NCBI GenBank assembly: GCA_020536535.1
Contig: JAHLWZ010000633.1
Location: 1 to 64,000 of the forward strand
Source: Pelomyxa schiedti
Taxonomy: Eukaryota; Protista; Evosea
Length of the DNA: 64,000 nucleotides
Direction: 5' to 3'
The notes under the pieces were generated by a model. It was given only the letters and a program-made list of their open reading frames with translations. It had not been told where the DNA came from and did not search any database. The position numbers and the translations under genes are program-made. This document shows positions 51,542 to 64,000 of this stretch, piece by piece; position 1 is the stretch's first letter, and each line of letters opens with the position of its first letter.

Positions 51542-52442
51542 ATGGCGTTGCCACGAGGAGCAGGACTTGGGCAGGTTATGGGACTAGTGGCGGCGGCGGC
51601 GATGGTGGTCGCGACGCTGTGGGGCGTGGCGTCGGGGCACGAGGTCACGCTGCTGTCGTTGACGATTCCTCAACAAGGGCCGTGCAACGAGGCGTGCCTG
51701 CCGCGGTCGGCGGCGCACGTGTGTGGGCCGTGCGCTGCGCCTGAGTGCCGTGGGTGCCAGTGGTGCCCAGAATGCAGGGTACTAATGCCAATCAATGAAC
51801 CAAACAACCAACCAACCAACCAACCAAACAGTCAACCAATAAAATATGTGTATCTATCACACAAATGGCTTCCCTGCTACCCCCACAAACCCATTAATAG
51901 AATCAACAACCAAACAACTGGAATCGTGGTGTGATGTTGGGACTATCTGTGTTGTGCGGGATTGGGTGTTTACCTTTTGTCTGTTCCCGATTCACCTCCT
52001 TTAACTGTTTTGCAAAAGAGAAGGGGACTAGATTTTTTCCTGGACGTGGAGGTGGAGGTATTAGTGTACTTTATTTTATTTTTTTTTTTCTTTTTGTTTT
52101 GTAATATCGGCATCCAGTTAACTGACCCCCAACCACCTTGTAGTGCACAAATTTTCCCAATGTGATCGCTGAGCCCTACAATCACACCAAATTCTGCGCA
52201 CCATGTGAAGCTTCTGACTTTGAGGGTTGTGAGCAGTGCGTGCTTTGTGTGGAAGACAAAAAGGTTCTTTCTCCCCTGCCAAACCTTATTCATTATTTTA
52301 CTAGGAATCGGGCCGAGATGCGGCACCCACAACAAAGTTGGCTTTCCTGTTAATTTCACTTATATGTTCCCTTGGAATCCTTCTCATGTGGGCATACCTG
52401 CTTAAACCACATGTTCCCCATGGCTATAAGTCGTTGCCTTGA
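51542..52442 (+). CDS. Secreted/single-pass membrane Cys-rich protein
   Basis: Signal-peptide-like LVAAAAMVVATLWGVASG; two Cys clusters; C-terminal TM LAFLLISLICSLGILLMWAYLL. Confidence 0.6.
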
Positions 52443-52532
52443 CTCAACGCCAATGTTGTGTATTATTGTACTTTGCCTTCTGTTTTTTTGTGGATAATAA
52501 AAACTTACTCGAAACAAAAATGTTTTTGAAAG

Positions 52533-54526
52533 TCAAGATTGTTTTGTTGCCCCAACAGCCACCTTGACATTCTCTTCAATGGGAATATTCGATTCCCTCA
52601 GGGCATGAAATATCCCAGGGAGTTGCTGTGGCATTTGTACAAGTTCTCCTACAGTTCTTACATAGGCATTATGCCAGAGGAATGACACAACCATGTGGTC
52701 AAGCCCAAGGACCTCAATGGGGTCTTCCAGTTTGATACTTGGTTGAGGTGGATGCAAATTTTTGGTTTCAGTCAACGCAACGAGGCTAATGTCAGGGTTA
52801 GCATAGTTTTTTCCCTGAGATGGAAGTACGAGAGAAATAGAGAGGCTTGTGCAATGTGATTCTGGATATTTGGTACATAGTTGTCAAGCAGACTAAATTG
52901 TTGATGTTTTTGTACTTGTACAAAATCAGCCACCTGGAAGTGGTTACAATTTGTAGTACGATAGAAAGAATCTCACCGTGAGAATGGGAGGCAATGCATT
53001 GTGAAGAATTTCACATATTCCATCAGGCATATCAGCGAGCACTTGTATGGGTGACTGCTTGCTCAGTTGGCTTATATGAGTGCCAGGTTTTACAATTCGT
53101 TGTAATTGTTGATGTGGGTCTAGAAGGATGAGTGTGAAGTAGAAGAGAACTCACAAGCACTTAGTTTGTTTGACATGCCACTTTCTGCTGTCTGTCTCAG
53201 CTGCTGTACTTGAGAGAGTTTTTTTTCTAAAGCCACTATTTCTTGCAAAAGAAGGTCTTTGGCAGCCTTGGCCAGAACAGTAAGATTAGGAATTGATTGT
53301 CTTAGCAGGTCAAATTTCTGTTGATTTCTTACAGAAATAGCGAGATCCTCAACTGTAGCACTGTGTCAGAGTAAAAATTGCACCCAGTAGACGATACCTG
53401 AACAAATTCCACTGGCTTTCAGTCTCTCCAGTTCCTGTTCAGTAATGCCAGGAAGGGTTGATAGGGGGTGCAGTGTTTTGGATGGAGTACCTGGCTGTGA
53501 GAGAGTCTCCGCTGTTGGTGCATTCACAGGTGATGTTGGTGAGGTATTTAGTTTGTCAGAAGAAATGCTGGTTGTAGGAGACGGAGAAAGTGGGATGCTT
53601 TTTGATACACATGTGTTTGCAACACCATCACTTTTTACAACTTGTGGAGGTGCAGGAAGTGTCTGTTCAGCAGCCTGCTGGTGAATGTGTGATTGCAAGT
53701 GGGAATGCTGTTGTTGTGGTAGTGGTTGTTGTTGCTGCCGTTGTTGTGGTTGTGCTTGTGGTTGTGGTTGTGTTTTGTGAGAAACAGCAACACATAGAGA
53801 AGCACTGTTTCCAGTTGGGCAATATGACTCAATGATTTTCACACGGTCGAAGTCCACTCCAACAACAGCAGTATGCTCTCCCGGCTCTACTCCCTTGTTA
53901 GTGTGATGATTCGCAGAACCATCATCGCGATCGGCGCTCGGCTGGAAATTGTAACGCGGCCCGCCGCCGCCGCCGCCATTTGGATTCACGCTTGCAGTTG
54001 CATTTGCATTTGGTTTTGGGCCTACACGCGCTGCCGCCACGCTGCTGGATGCCATGCTCGGCGTGAAAGTGGATTCCATCACAGACACGCCGTTGGTCCA
54101 GCAAGCGCGCGGCTGCGGCTGCGGCGGGGGCGGCGGCATAGACGGCGACAGTGACGGCTGTCTTTGGGCCAGCAACAACAATGGTCTCGCCGCGGTAAGA
54201 GGGGCGCCGCCGCCGCCGATTTGGTGAGGGCACATGTCCGCTGGCGTGCACGTCGTGCTGCAGGCGCTCTTTGGCATTGCTGTTGTTGGTGGAGTGGCGG
54301 TGTAGTTATGGGTGTTTGGTGGCGCTTGTTGTTGCTGTTGCTGACACTGGCTCTCTGTGAGGAAAGTTATGTCGGATGTGGACGAGCGCAACGACGTCTG
54401 GGGGACGAGGACGAACTCGCCCAAGTTGGAGGGCACTATCACTATCGAGGAGCCCAGGACGTCGCCGTCACCACCACCCGAGCCGCTATTATGGGTCGTG
54501 TCACCTTTCCCCTTCGGCACGTTCAT
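52533..54526 (-). CDS. Low-complexity protein with C-terminal tandem HhH/alpha-CTD-like helical domains
   Basis: PLSTLPGITEQELERLKASGI..TVEDL; SPIQVLADMPDGICEIL...TVADFVQ; DPIEVLGLDHMVVSFLWHNAYVRTVGELVQ. Confidence 0.6.
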
Positions 54527-54920
54527 TCCTTTTTTTTTTCGGTTGCCAGAAGTTGGTTAGCTTTTTAGCGAAAAAGAAAAAAAGGTCCAAGCACAAAAAT
54601 ATCCTTGTGCATAAGACAGTGACACACTACAGGTCGTCAGAATAATGCGCGTCAAGGTGGAAGCCACCACCCGACCTTTTCCACTGCAAGTCATCTTCAA
54701 TGCGGTCCTGCTGAGTCTGTAGGTCAACGGCAGAGGGAGTGAGCCCCCGGTAATGCAGCAGATAGCGAAGCGGTGCACATTCACACCGGGTGGCTTGAAG
54801 TCCTAGTACCCCTCTCCACGCGGTTCCGGGTTGCGGTATTACATCAACTGACCTGATGGGGCTGTGCGGTTCTGCTTCACGAACCTAAGGAAGGTGTAAC
54901 GAGGTGGTATTTGTGAGACA

Positions 54921-57249
54921 CTAATTGGGTGGCGACCGTACCGCGAAGTGCAGTGTCGCTCGTGCTGTGGCAGCATTGTTCAAGAAATTACGAATGAAGG
55001 GAAAGAAATCAGACGAATCTGAACAAGCTTCTACGTAGTCAATCTCGTCAATACGTAAAACAAGGTCATTGCACTTCAACCCTCCGTTCTCAGCTGGCCC
55101 TCCTGGTGTTACGCTGGTGATCTATAATAAGATGAGTAGAAAAAAGTGAGAGATACTCAGACATGCATCCAGGGCATATTGAGCTCCTTCGGGATTACAG
55201 AGAAACCGGGAAGTATGTTGTGAGTAATACCTCCTGGTCTGGACGGTTGTGGGGAAAAAAATAGGTGCCGAGAGGATGTAACCTCAATTGCCGAGAAAAC
55301 TTAAGTGTACAATGCGCAAACCTGGGGCCATAAATGTGAGGATCCTCATAGTCTGGTAGCACACGCACTGGTCTATGAGATCCCCAGCAGTGATCCCAAT
55401 CCCATACGTGCAATGCTGCATCATAACTCAAAGAAATTGCAAGGGAGTCATCCAGGTACAGGGATACCAGCTCCTCGGGATACCCAAGTATTACAGTGTT
55501 CTTGCCCCTCCTGCCTAGTATTTAGATGTTACATTCTTATTGAAGGAAAGAATATCCACCGTCATAAAAGAATGGACAGTGGCCAACTTTGCAAGAAATT
55601 ACCATGAAACCACGGGAATTGATCCCCAAACCAGAGTGAAATTCAACTGGTGCACAATTGGCCACTTCACCAGATGACAAGTTAGTTGTAGTAATCTATT
55701 TATGAATAAATATACTCCTGGTTTTACTTGATGTTGAAAGACCTCATTTAAATCTGAGATTGTGACACAACAAACTCCTCTTACGGCAATTTCAATTGGA
55801 ATCTGTGACGTGCGGGTCTCAACAACAGAAATTTGATGAAAGTGTGTTGGTGCAGTAGCATCTTTTATACGTAAGTGGAATGCACAAAATTCCTTTCAAG
55901 TCCACACCCCATATTCGTATGGTACCACCGCCTTCAACACTGAAAACGCGATTTTCGGAATAAATCACGGATGACAGCACTTGATGCAATTCCAAGGGAG
56001 ACTTGACGAGACTACCTAGTGATGTCATTTTAGGTAGGAATGAAGGGGTATTTTCCTCCTGTATTATAAAGTCTCAGTTCAGGGTGCTGTTTTTTTCCAA
56101 AGAATCCTGAAATTATAAATCCCTACCGCCTATATTAATATTAATGCCTATGCAATCTTACTAAAACCCATGGTGTGGAGCATAGGGGAGTCTTTTTGTC
56201 AGGTGAGTCCCAGGTGTGTTTCCACAGAAGCTTTTTGCTGTTCCAACCATAAAAGTAATGAACCGCTCCATCAGCTATAGCAGAGGAAGGGAGACTGTAG
56301 CAATCACGAGGATCGGGAGAATTGTTGCGCTCCTGCATTAAACAATGACAACCAAGAATATCACCATTCCACATCAGATTGATGCATCTATTAATTAATA
56401 ACGCAAAGTTGCAATTGAGAGATGGAGCTAACGGTTCATGAGGAAAGTAGCGGTGAATTGATACAACTTCCTTTGCCTTCTCCAGAGGGTGGACCCGTAG
56501 TAATTTGGGGGCAGTACTTATACTTTCAAAAGAGAAAATCATTAACTCCATTTTGGCAACTGCTACCGCTAGGAGTCCAGGCTCTCGATTGTACTGGGAG
56601 GAAAAACTTATAAGTAAGACCATAAAGAAGAACTCAATACCGCCATGGACAAAGTTACTTTAGGAGTCGACTTGCAAATCAATCAGTTTACTTTGCAAAG
56701 AGAAAAAGCCTCACCTTACCAGCACATCTTTTGAAACCAGGGTCGAAAAGAGTAAATTTCTTGTACACATAGGAGTTACCTTCCCAATTCCTGATGTGCT
56801 TCAGCACAACCAAAGTTGTTTAACGCTAAGCTACTCACTCCTCAATGCGATACTTTGCAAACCAACGGCACTTCCAGGATCTAAACCATGTATTGATACA
56901 AACTAAAAAAAAAGTTGTACGCCACCTTGGGTTTGGACAATCTGTCTTCATAAATGGCACAGGGTGTCCTGGCCATTCTTTGATATATTTTCTTTCCCAA
57001 AACTAAACACCCAGTGAATGGCAGAAGACAAAAAGAAAAAAACAGAAAACACAAGGAGATGTCTTTGCTACTTACCTCTTGGTTATTGAAAACTCTGCAA
57101 AGGGACTTGCACACGCCTGAAATGGAGCATAGAGCGGAGCTAGAAAGGAACGACCCCAGAAACTGCCGACGCAAAACCAAATAAGTACCACATCACATCG
57201 TACTTTCACGCACCGATAGAACCGCTTCTGGGAGTGCCTCCAGAGACAT
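54921..57249 (-). CDS. F-box protein with probable beta-propeller and C-terminal PDZ domain
   Basis: MSLEALPEAVLS|FLGSFLSSSALCSISGVCKSLCRV (F-box); WD-like VFSVEGGGTIRIWGVD, YDAALHVWDW; PDZ ITSVTPGGPAENGGLKCNDLVLRID. Confidence 0.72.
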
Positions 57250-57334
57250 TTTTTTTTACCTTTTTCTTTTCTCACAAGCCCGTTAGTGAGAAATTCGGCG
57301 AAAAGTAATTCTCGGATCTTATCTAGTTCACACA

Positions 57335-60024
57335 CTAGTCCCCGAAAACATTAACCTTGTTTTCGGTGGCCGGTTCTTCCGCGGAAGTGGGCTCAGCCAT
57401 CATCACAGCACCTCCTGTTCGGAGCGTAAGTGGCGAGAATAGATTATGGGAGGAGTGGGGCTAGCGCACCATCACCCGTGTTGCTGATTCTGGATGAGAG
57501 GTACTTTTGACATAGAGATACAACTGTTTGATTTCGTTGTCTACTGGCTTCATCTTTGACCTTTTTGTTTTATTTTGGGCATCAGGACCCGTTTCGGAGT
57601 TTTTTGTTTGGGGATGTAACCTTGTATACATCCTCTATGGAATCGTACTGTACAGCCATGAGATATGCTTCTTTTAGGTGATTCAACAGTATCTAGTAGT
57701 GTGTTGCCTTATTCTCGAGGCTCAAGACACTATGATGAGAATACCTCAGCAGTGCACTTGCTGCTGTCACCACTAATAAACAAAGAACATTGTGCTGCGG
57801 CATCAAAGTCTTTATCTTCTGCATACACTTCCATACAGGCAATAGCCAATTGATCCATGTGACTGGGTGGAAGGATTGTCTTTATTGGCACTGTCATTGG
57901 TCTGAAATAAAGACGTTACATACATACATTCATCTCCTTGAGGAGTTTTGTTACATCTCGCAGGCTTTTATAGGTTGCAACTTGCCTAACTGTCTCGATT
58001 TTGTTTTTTATGCTAGATTGTTGCATAATATCTTTACGCATTTGTGTGAAATTCTCAGTCATTTCGTATCTGTGGGACTCTTAGTACAAGTTGAATATAT
58101 GTATGTTACTTAGCCAGTGAATAAAGTTTTCTTTCTGGCATAGCAAATAACAATACAAAATCTACAATAAAGGATGCAAGGCTAGTTTCGGTTAGTGTAC
58201 TGAAAAAAATGTGTACTGGAAACCTAATGAAAATGTATATAGATACAAGGGTTGTCATCAGTGAACTGAACGAGAACTTGGAAAACGTCCCCGTGACCGT
58301 GAAAACGAAGTTTATCCCTATTTGAAAACTTAAAAAAGGAATATGTAAGCAGAAAACTAATCACCTGTAGAATTTCGGACAGCACGCGTTTGTTGGTCCA
58401 CGCTGTTTTATGTAAATTCCTGGATAAGGGTAGCGTCCAGCTTACCTTACCATTGTGTGCCATGTAGAAAATTGCTGGGGAAGGTGTATAACTCGATACT
58501 GGTAGTAATTTATACCCGCACTACCATGCGATTTGCACTGCTTTATGGACTCTAAAAGCTTTATTCAACAACATCCAAACATAAAGGTACTGTACCTTCT
58601 GTGGAATGCCAAACAAGGTCATGGCAATCTCCATAATCAATAATTACTCGAAACATCCCCCCTAGTTCCATTATTCTGGTCCAGTTTTCTCCAGAGGCCT
58701 GGAGAAATGTTTCCAAAGCTCCGATAACAAAAACAAACAAACCTCAATCATAGTTCCAAGGGGAATTTCGTCAGCTTGTCCCATCTTTGAGTCGAATAAG
58801 GGATACCCTGGAATCAATCAGACACCACCTTGTGACATATAAATTTTTTATTGCTTACCATTGGCATCTAAAAGTTGGCCAAACAGATCCCAACATGTCT
58901 TTATATAGGAAGAAGTCCATGTCGTCGTTCCAGGTTCCACTCCATCATGACGCTTTATATCCTGTTGTAAAAAGTACGGTGCAACAGCCTGATGATAGAT
59001 TCGCAACTGTTTAGAGGTTAACCTCCTCGCATTATTACAAGAGCACACAATGTACTGATTGATATCAATAGCGTACCAAGAATTAATAACTCCAGCTGTC
59101 CAAGGGGAGTGGCATGTATTACCTTTCATATTTCAATTCACGGCAAAAGAATCAGGTTGAAAAATTACCATCACAAGGATCTTGTCTTTGCTGAAAGGAC
59201 TGTTGTATAACTCTTGTTGTGATAAAAATCACTTTCTCCTGGTCTACAGGATATACAAGGTCATCCGACTCCCAGTAAACGCAATTGCATCCTGCCTCAC
59301 CTAACAGACTCCAGTTACAAGTTGGTTACAGTTTTAGAGTTACCAGCAAAGGAAACGCAGGAAGGGTCACAATATGTAGAGTTGGCGGGGGTTACATGAT
59401 CGGGCTTTTTTCCCCCAAAATTAGCTGAATTATGAACTATGTATGATACCTCAAGCAAGTCTAATTTTAGCAATCCAGCTGCATTATCATATTCGTTATA
59501 ACCTTCATTTTTATAAACCATGAAGAATACAACTACTACGGCTGCCGTGAGAAGAAGCATATAGTTCAGTATACCCAAGCGAAAATCCTTTATTCTCACT
59601 GTAAATAGGTTATTCATGAAGTTGAAAGACCACGGTTTTTAAACTGAAGAATACCTATTTTATCAGACCTATAGGTTAGAAAGGTCTTCCACTCCTTGTT
59701 TTTAAACCACATCACCACAGGCTTCTTCACTTTGTCCCATAATGTCTCCTCCTGCGGCTCCAACCTCTTCCTCATCATCCTCGCAACTTCACTCTCACCA
59801 GTTTCCCCATCCACATTCACACCCCCAATGGAGCCACTAAATTCAGAATAGCCCTCCCCCTGCGTGGCTGCAGGCAAATTGACGTCGCCAGTATCCAACC
59901 CATAATAGCTATCACCACCAGAAGAAGAAGCCCCGCGGCGCCTCAGTGCCTCCTCGCCTTGTTGCTCAGACTGGAGGGCCTCCATCTCTGTGTATGGGAC
60001 ATCGTCGCTGCCGCTGCTTGTCAT
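57335..60024 (-). CDS. P2X-family ATP-gated ion channel (Dictyostelium-like) with long C-terminal extension
   Basis: FLTYRSDKI|VRIKDFRLGILNYMLLL (YxT/SxK, TM1), CVYWESDDLVYP..IFITTR, GINFVFTVTGTFSKF..LASFIVDFVL (TM2 Asp), LYSLAK (YxxxK); 3' end approximate. Confidence 0.88.
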
Positions 60025-60354
60025 TTTCTTCAGCGGATCTCCAAGGTGGCCACCTTACTGTTTCCGTCCGTTCAGTACGAATCAAACCAACGTCACCGTT
60101 CGAAATTGTTGATGTGATGAGCTGCACAGAAAGGCAGTCGGAGCAGATGAAAAATCTTCGAAGATTCTGCATCCAGAATATTCTCGCCCAGACAGACCCG
60201 GAAGTCCGAGTTGAAAGGCCTTCTGACTCTCTCCAAGACCTGTGCAAGTGCCCTGTTTCTTCTGACCTACACTAGCCTGCACCACCCCTCTTTCCAGTGC
60301 CGTTTTCCTTTCACACCTTCGTTGAGTTCGGCCCTCCAATCTGTTATCTCTAAA

Positions 60355-61663
60355 ATGGCGCAGCCCGAGGCGACATCCACAACCACAACCGCCACAACGA
60401 CAGACGCGTATGATTTTGTTGGATTCCTAGAAGCGGTTCAAGGCGGGAAGCTAGGCCAGGTAGTGGCGATTGTGGCTGCGCGGCCAGGGCTATTATGGGA
60501 CAAGGACGAGAGGGGAATGTGCGGGCTGTGCTGGGCCGCCTACTTTGACGAGGCCGATGTGGCAGTATGGTTGATCAACGCCCGTGCTGCTGCTATCAAG
60601 ACTGTGCGTGTTGCCGCGATGTTTTGTACTTGTGGGTTGTGGCTGGTTTTTTGTTTGTTTGTTTGTTTATTTGTTTGTTTGTTTTTCTGTTTGTCTGGAC
60701 TTCCTTTGCCCTTTGTTTCAATTTAGTTATTCAGTAATGATGCAGAGAGGTGGAATTCTTGTGGGAAGTGAAGGAACTCCGAGAAATGGGGAGTCAGTGG
60801 TGTGGGGGTGTGATAAGAGGGGCGGCACAGCACTACACCATGCTGCTGTAAATGGGAGTTTAAGAAGTCTGCGGGCATTTGGAGAATTGTCGACTTCTAT
60901 CGAGCCACCGTGGCTGGCCACCAATGAATGGGGTGAGACTTGTCTGCATGTGGCTGCAGCTGCAGGCATTCCAAAGACTCACAGTGTTGTCAACATATTA
61001 CTGCAATTTGCCCCTGTACTATCTGATGCGAAGGATAAATGGGGAAGAGTAGCTTTTCAGGAGCATAATCCCAATGACCCGGCCACTACCACACAGCTTC
61101 CGGATCCCTCATCCCTTCACCCAAACATCAAAAGCAGTCTTGAGGCAGAGTTCATGAAGATGAGGGAACAGTGGTCTGAACGATCACGCAAAGTAGACAT
61201 TCTAGAAAAAGGAATGTTCAAGGAACATCAAGTACCAAACCCATCCGCATCTGCACCACCAAAACTTGCCCCGGCCAGAAGAGTGGTTCTGTCCAAAATA
61301 GTGGAATATCCCGGGGACCCCATGGTTGTAACCCGGGCTCTCAGCCAAGATTGTGATTTCAAAGGGTCTGATATGTACGGCCTCACAGCTTTACACAAAT
61401 TCAGTAGCTGGGACAAGCCGGATTTAATGCAGCTTGTTTTACCCCTACTCACCCCCGAGGAAATTCACCAACGCGGAGGGGATTCTCACCAAACAGCCCT
61501 TGAAATGGCTGCAGAAATGCAGGCCTGGAGGGCTGTGGACTTGTTACTCTCACACTCCTCAACCACTCCAACACAGATCGCAGCACTCCTTTCTGATGTG
61601 CAAAGAAGGGGTGGTGATCCGGAACTCTCTGCTCATTTATTGAAAAGTGGGAAACAAGTGTGA
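60355..61663 (+). CDS. Ankyrin-repeat protein
   Basis: DKRGGTALHHAAVNG, NEWGETCLHVAAAAG, DMYGLTALHKF, QTALEMAA. Confidence 0.87.
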
Positions 61664-61791
61664 TGTGAACAAAATAAACCCGTTGGTTTTTCTTTTACAA
61701 ATAGCAAAATTCCGTTGGGAATTTTGTCTCGGGCTTTGTGAAGGTGGATGCTGTGTATGCACAAAAATATGCCACAACCCTTCTCGGCCGA

Positions 61792-64000
61792 TCAAGAGTC
61801 AGTTTGCTTCCACTGGTTGGCATTGAAGGTTAAATTAGCCTGTAGATCGGATAATTTGGAACCAGGTTCCGTATCAGGAGACTGTGCATCAGCAAAAGCC
61901 GAAACAGCAGTAAGTAGTGGTGCTACGAAAAACTGAATGAACGCCTTCTGGCAGGTAGATACTCTCGGCGCAGTTCTATCCATAAATGCGGATTTTGTTA
62001 GCATGTGGGTGGCTTCTTGGTCTCCTTGCCGGTAGAATTCCTGTGTAGTTTTCAGTGGACTGATTTGGGAGTATGGTGTTGTGGTTGTGGGGGAGTTAGG
62101 AGACTTACTTCCATGATGAGGTGTGTCCATTTGGTGGCAGTATCCCATGACCGCATTTGGTTTGAAACATCGGCCAATTTTATAAATATTTGAAATACTA
62201 GAGTTACATCACCCTAATAGAGTAATGAATGGGTACTGCAGGGTTTTGTCTTGAAAGAAAATAGATTACCTTATGGGAATAGTCAAAGTCGTTAACGGAT
62301 TTCTTTGATGTAAATTGACTCAATATTTCTACATGCTTGGACATGCTTGTGGAATGTAAGTACTTCATGAGGTAACCAAAAGTTTCTTACTCCGTGGCTA
62401 AAACTAAGCTGGTCACCATTTGGTGGAATTCGATGAATTCTTGCTTTCTTGGGATTAGTGATATCTTTTAGTAGTTTATCAAGAACCTGAGTGAAAAAAG
62501 ATAGCCAATTACTGCCGCCATGCAATGTAAATTCAAAAGATTCTGTCAGGTGAAAATTTTCAAGTATCTATATCAAAGGTGGGTTTTTCATAGGGAAAGT
62601 CTCGGGAACTGTACGGATATCCCGTTATACGTGAGAGCAAGGGGATCAAGAATGCGGTACAGGAAGTTGTTGCTTTAGTTTTGTTGGGAAACAAATTAAG
62701 GTAATGGGTACAAACTTTACACCAGGGTGCCCAAAATCATGTACAACTGCCTAATGGGAAAGTGAGGAAATAAGAAGATTTCGTAGAAAGCAACGGCAAA
62801 AAGAAGAGACAAGATCCACATTGGCGATATCCGCTCGTATACAGATGGGGCTAAGTTCAGTAATAAAAAGTGAGTTGCTTGAACCACATCGGCAGCGTGC
62901 ATGACATTGTGGTACGGGTTGTTCAAATACCTGAACTTAAATGTATCATGAAATACAATTAGAATGTACAAACCCCTTCGAAATCCCTTGTAGCCAGGTT
63001 TGAAATGCGCCTTGATTTATATTGAATTTCTCAAAGAGCCCGTGAGATTCAAAAATTGGTGTAGCTACTTCACACAGAACCTGGTCTGTTTAGGAAATCT
63101 CTTGATTAGGGCCAGTAGGGTTTATAAACCATGTACCTGGGCAGTACTTGAAGACAGAGAAGGCCCAGTTGTCAAGAATTTTCTCTCCACAAGGTAATTT
63201 CACAGTCCTTGAGTTGTCCAATTGGTTGTGTTTGGATAGACAAAAAAAAGATACTCTAAAAGTATAGAGTGCTGGTCAAGTGCCTCGTTCTTTGCCTGTG
63301 GAGCAAGCTGGTCAAGAAGGAACGCATCCACCTCGGAATCCATAGCTAAATCTGGTAAACAATACAATCTGCCATTCATTTGTTTACTGTTCATTAGTCC
63401 AGCTTTTCTTTGTCCCACAAAATCAACTCTATGAAGCCCATTGCAGGCAATCAACTGGATGATTTTTTCAATAACCAAGTGATCCTCTTTATTGAGTCCT
63501 AGTTTCGACGTTAGAGCTCTAAAACCAGAAAAAATAAACAACTGTGCTTCTTGTGAATTTCTTGCAACTTTTTAATTGCCGATTCTGCAGGAGTTTTGAG
63601 TAGGTGCGAGGAGAGTGGCTGAGATAAAACAGAAACCTATTGAGATATGAAAATGACGAGGATACCACGTTATCATACTCTTCGTTTGAAATGTCTAATG
63701 ACCAACAATAGGGCAATAATCGTCACAAGGAGAAAAGCTATAACTACTGCTGCGGCGCTTGCAGTTTTCCCTACCATTGATTTTTTCCCTTCTGCTATGA
63801 ATTAATATCAAATTGGGAACTATTACGTACTATTTATTGTTATAGATATCGTCTTTTCAGTGCTAAAGCAAAGTCCAGAAATAGCATCCACCACAGAAAT
63901 AGTTATGGAGCCAATGTAGGGGAGTCTGTTGCCAATATATGTAACTTGTATAGTAACAGTTTCAGAGCCCCCTAAAGTAACATTTTGCGTGATATTGCCT
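61792..64000 (-). CDS. Class I cyclic-nucleotide phosphodiesterase (partial; 5' end beyond window)
   Basis: YLNNPYHNVMHAADVVQ, HDFGHPG, IKLADVSN, EFYRQGD, FMDR...CQKAFIQFFVAPL. Confidence 0.92.

Noticed and set aside
53340-53480. Possible Rad51/DMC1 gene
   Set aside because: Only an N-terminal-like HhH unit; no Walker A/B or RecA core downstream
1-64000. CRISPR arrays, rRNA, tRNA, alternative genetic code or stop-codon readthrough
   Set aside because: None seen; in-frame stops in conserved genes are accounted for by short introns under the standard code

Overview
Gene-dense eukaryotic (protist) genomic DNA with a standard genetic code and many short (~40-60 nt) spliceosomal introns, so the ORF track is fragmented; gene models below were spliced by eye and minor exon boundaries are approximate. 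Gene content (Giardia-type catabolic OTC and carbamate kinase, Dictyostelium-type P2X, HAP40, ciliary FAM92) suggests an anaerobic flagellated amoebozoan, possibly Pelomyxa-like (inference only). About 27 genes are recognisable. Highlights: (1) an apparently intact 3.1-kb Tc1/IS630-type DD34E transposon (5342-8426, TA target duplication, 238-bp near-perfect TIRs) whose TIRs contain the start codon, so the two ends launch two convergent intron-containing genes: the transposase and an unknown Cys-rich cargo protein, both starting MSCYP; (2) an ankyrin-RBR E3 ligase ending in a CBM20 glycogen/starch-binding module; (3) an in-frame ornithine transcarbamylase-carbamate kinase fusion; (4) a degenerate Rho-like GTPase fused to a Pol-beta-type nucleotidyltransferase and an F-box-like motif; (5) a very long eIF4E-domain protein with a C-terminal membrane anchor. 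Also present: UBE2J1 (duplicated next to an N gap), RhoGEF, calmodulin-like, PH, LRR and ankyrin proteins, LSM2, NOB1, RRM/CCHC protein, F-box/PDZ protein and a class I PDE (partial). No rRNA, tRNA or CRISPR was recognised.
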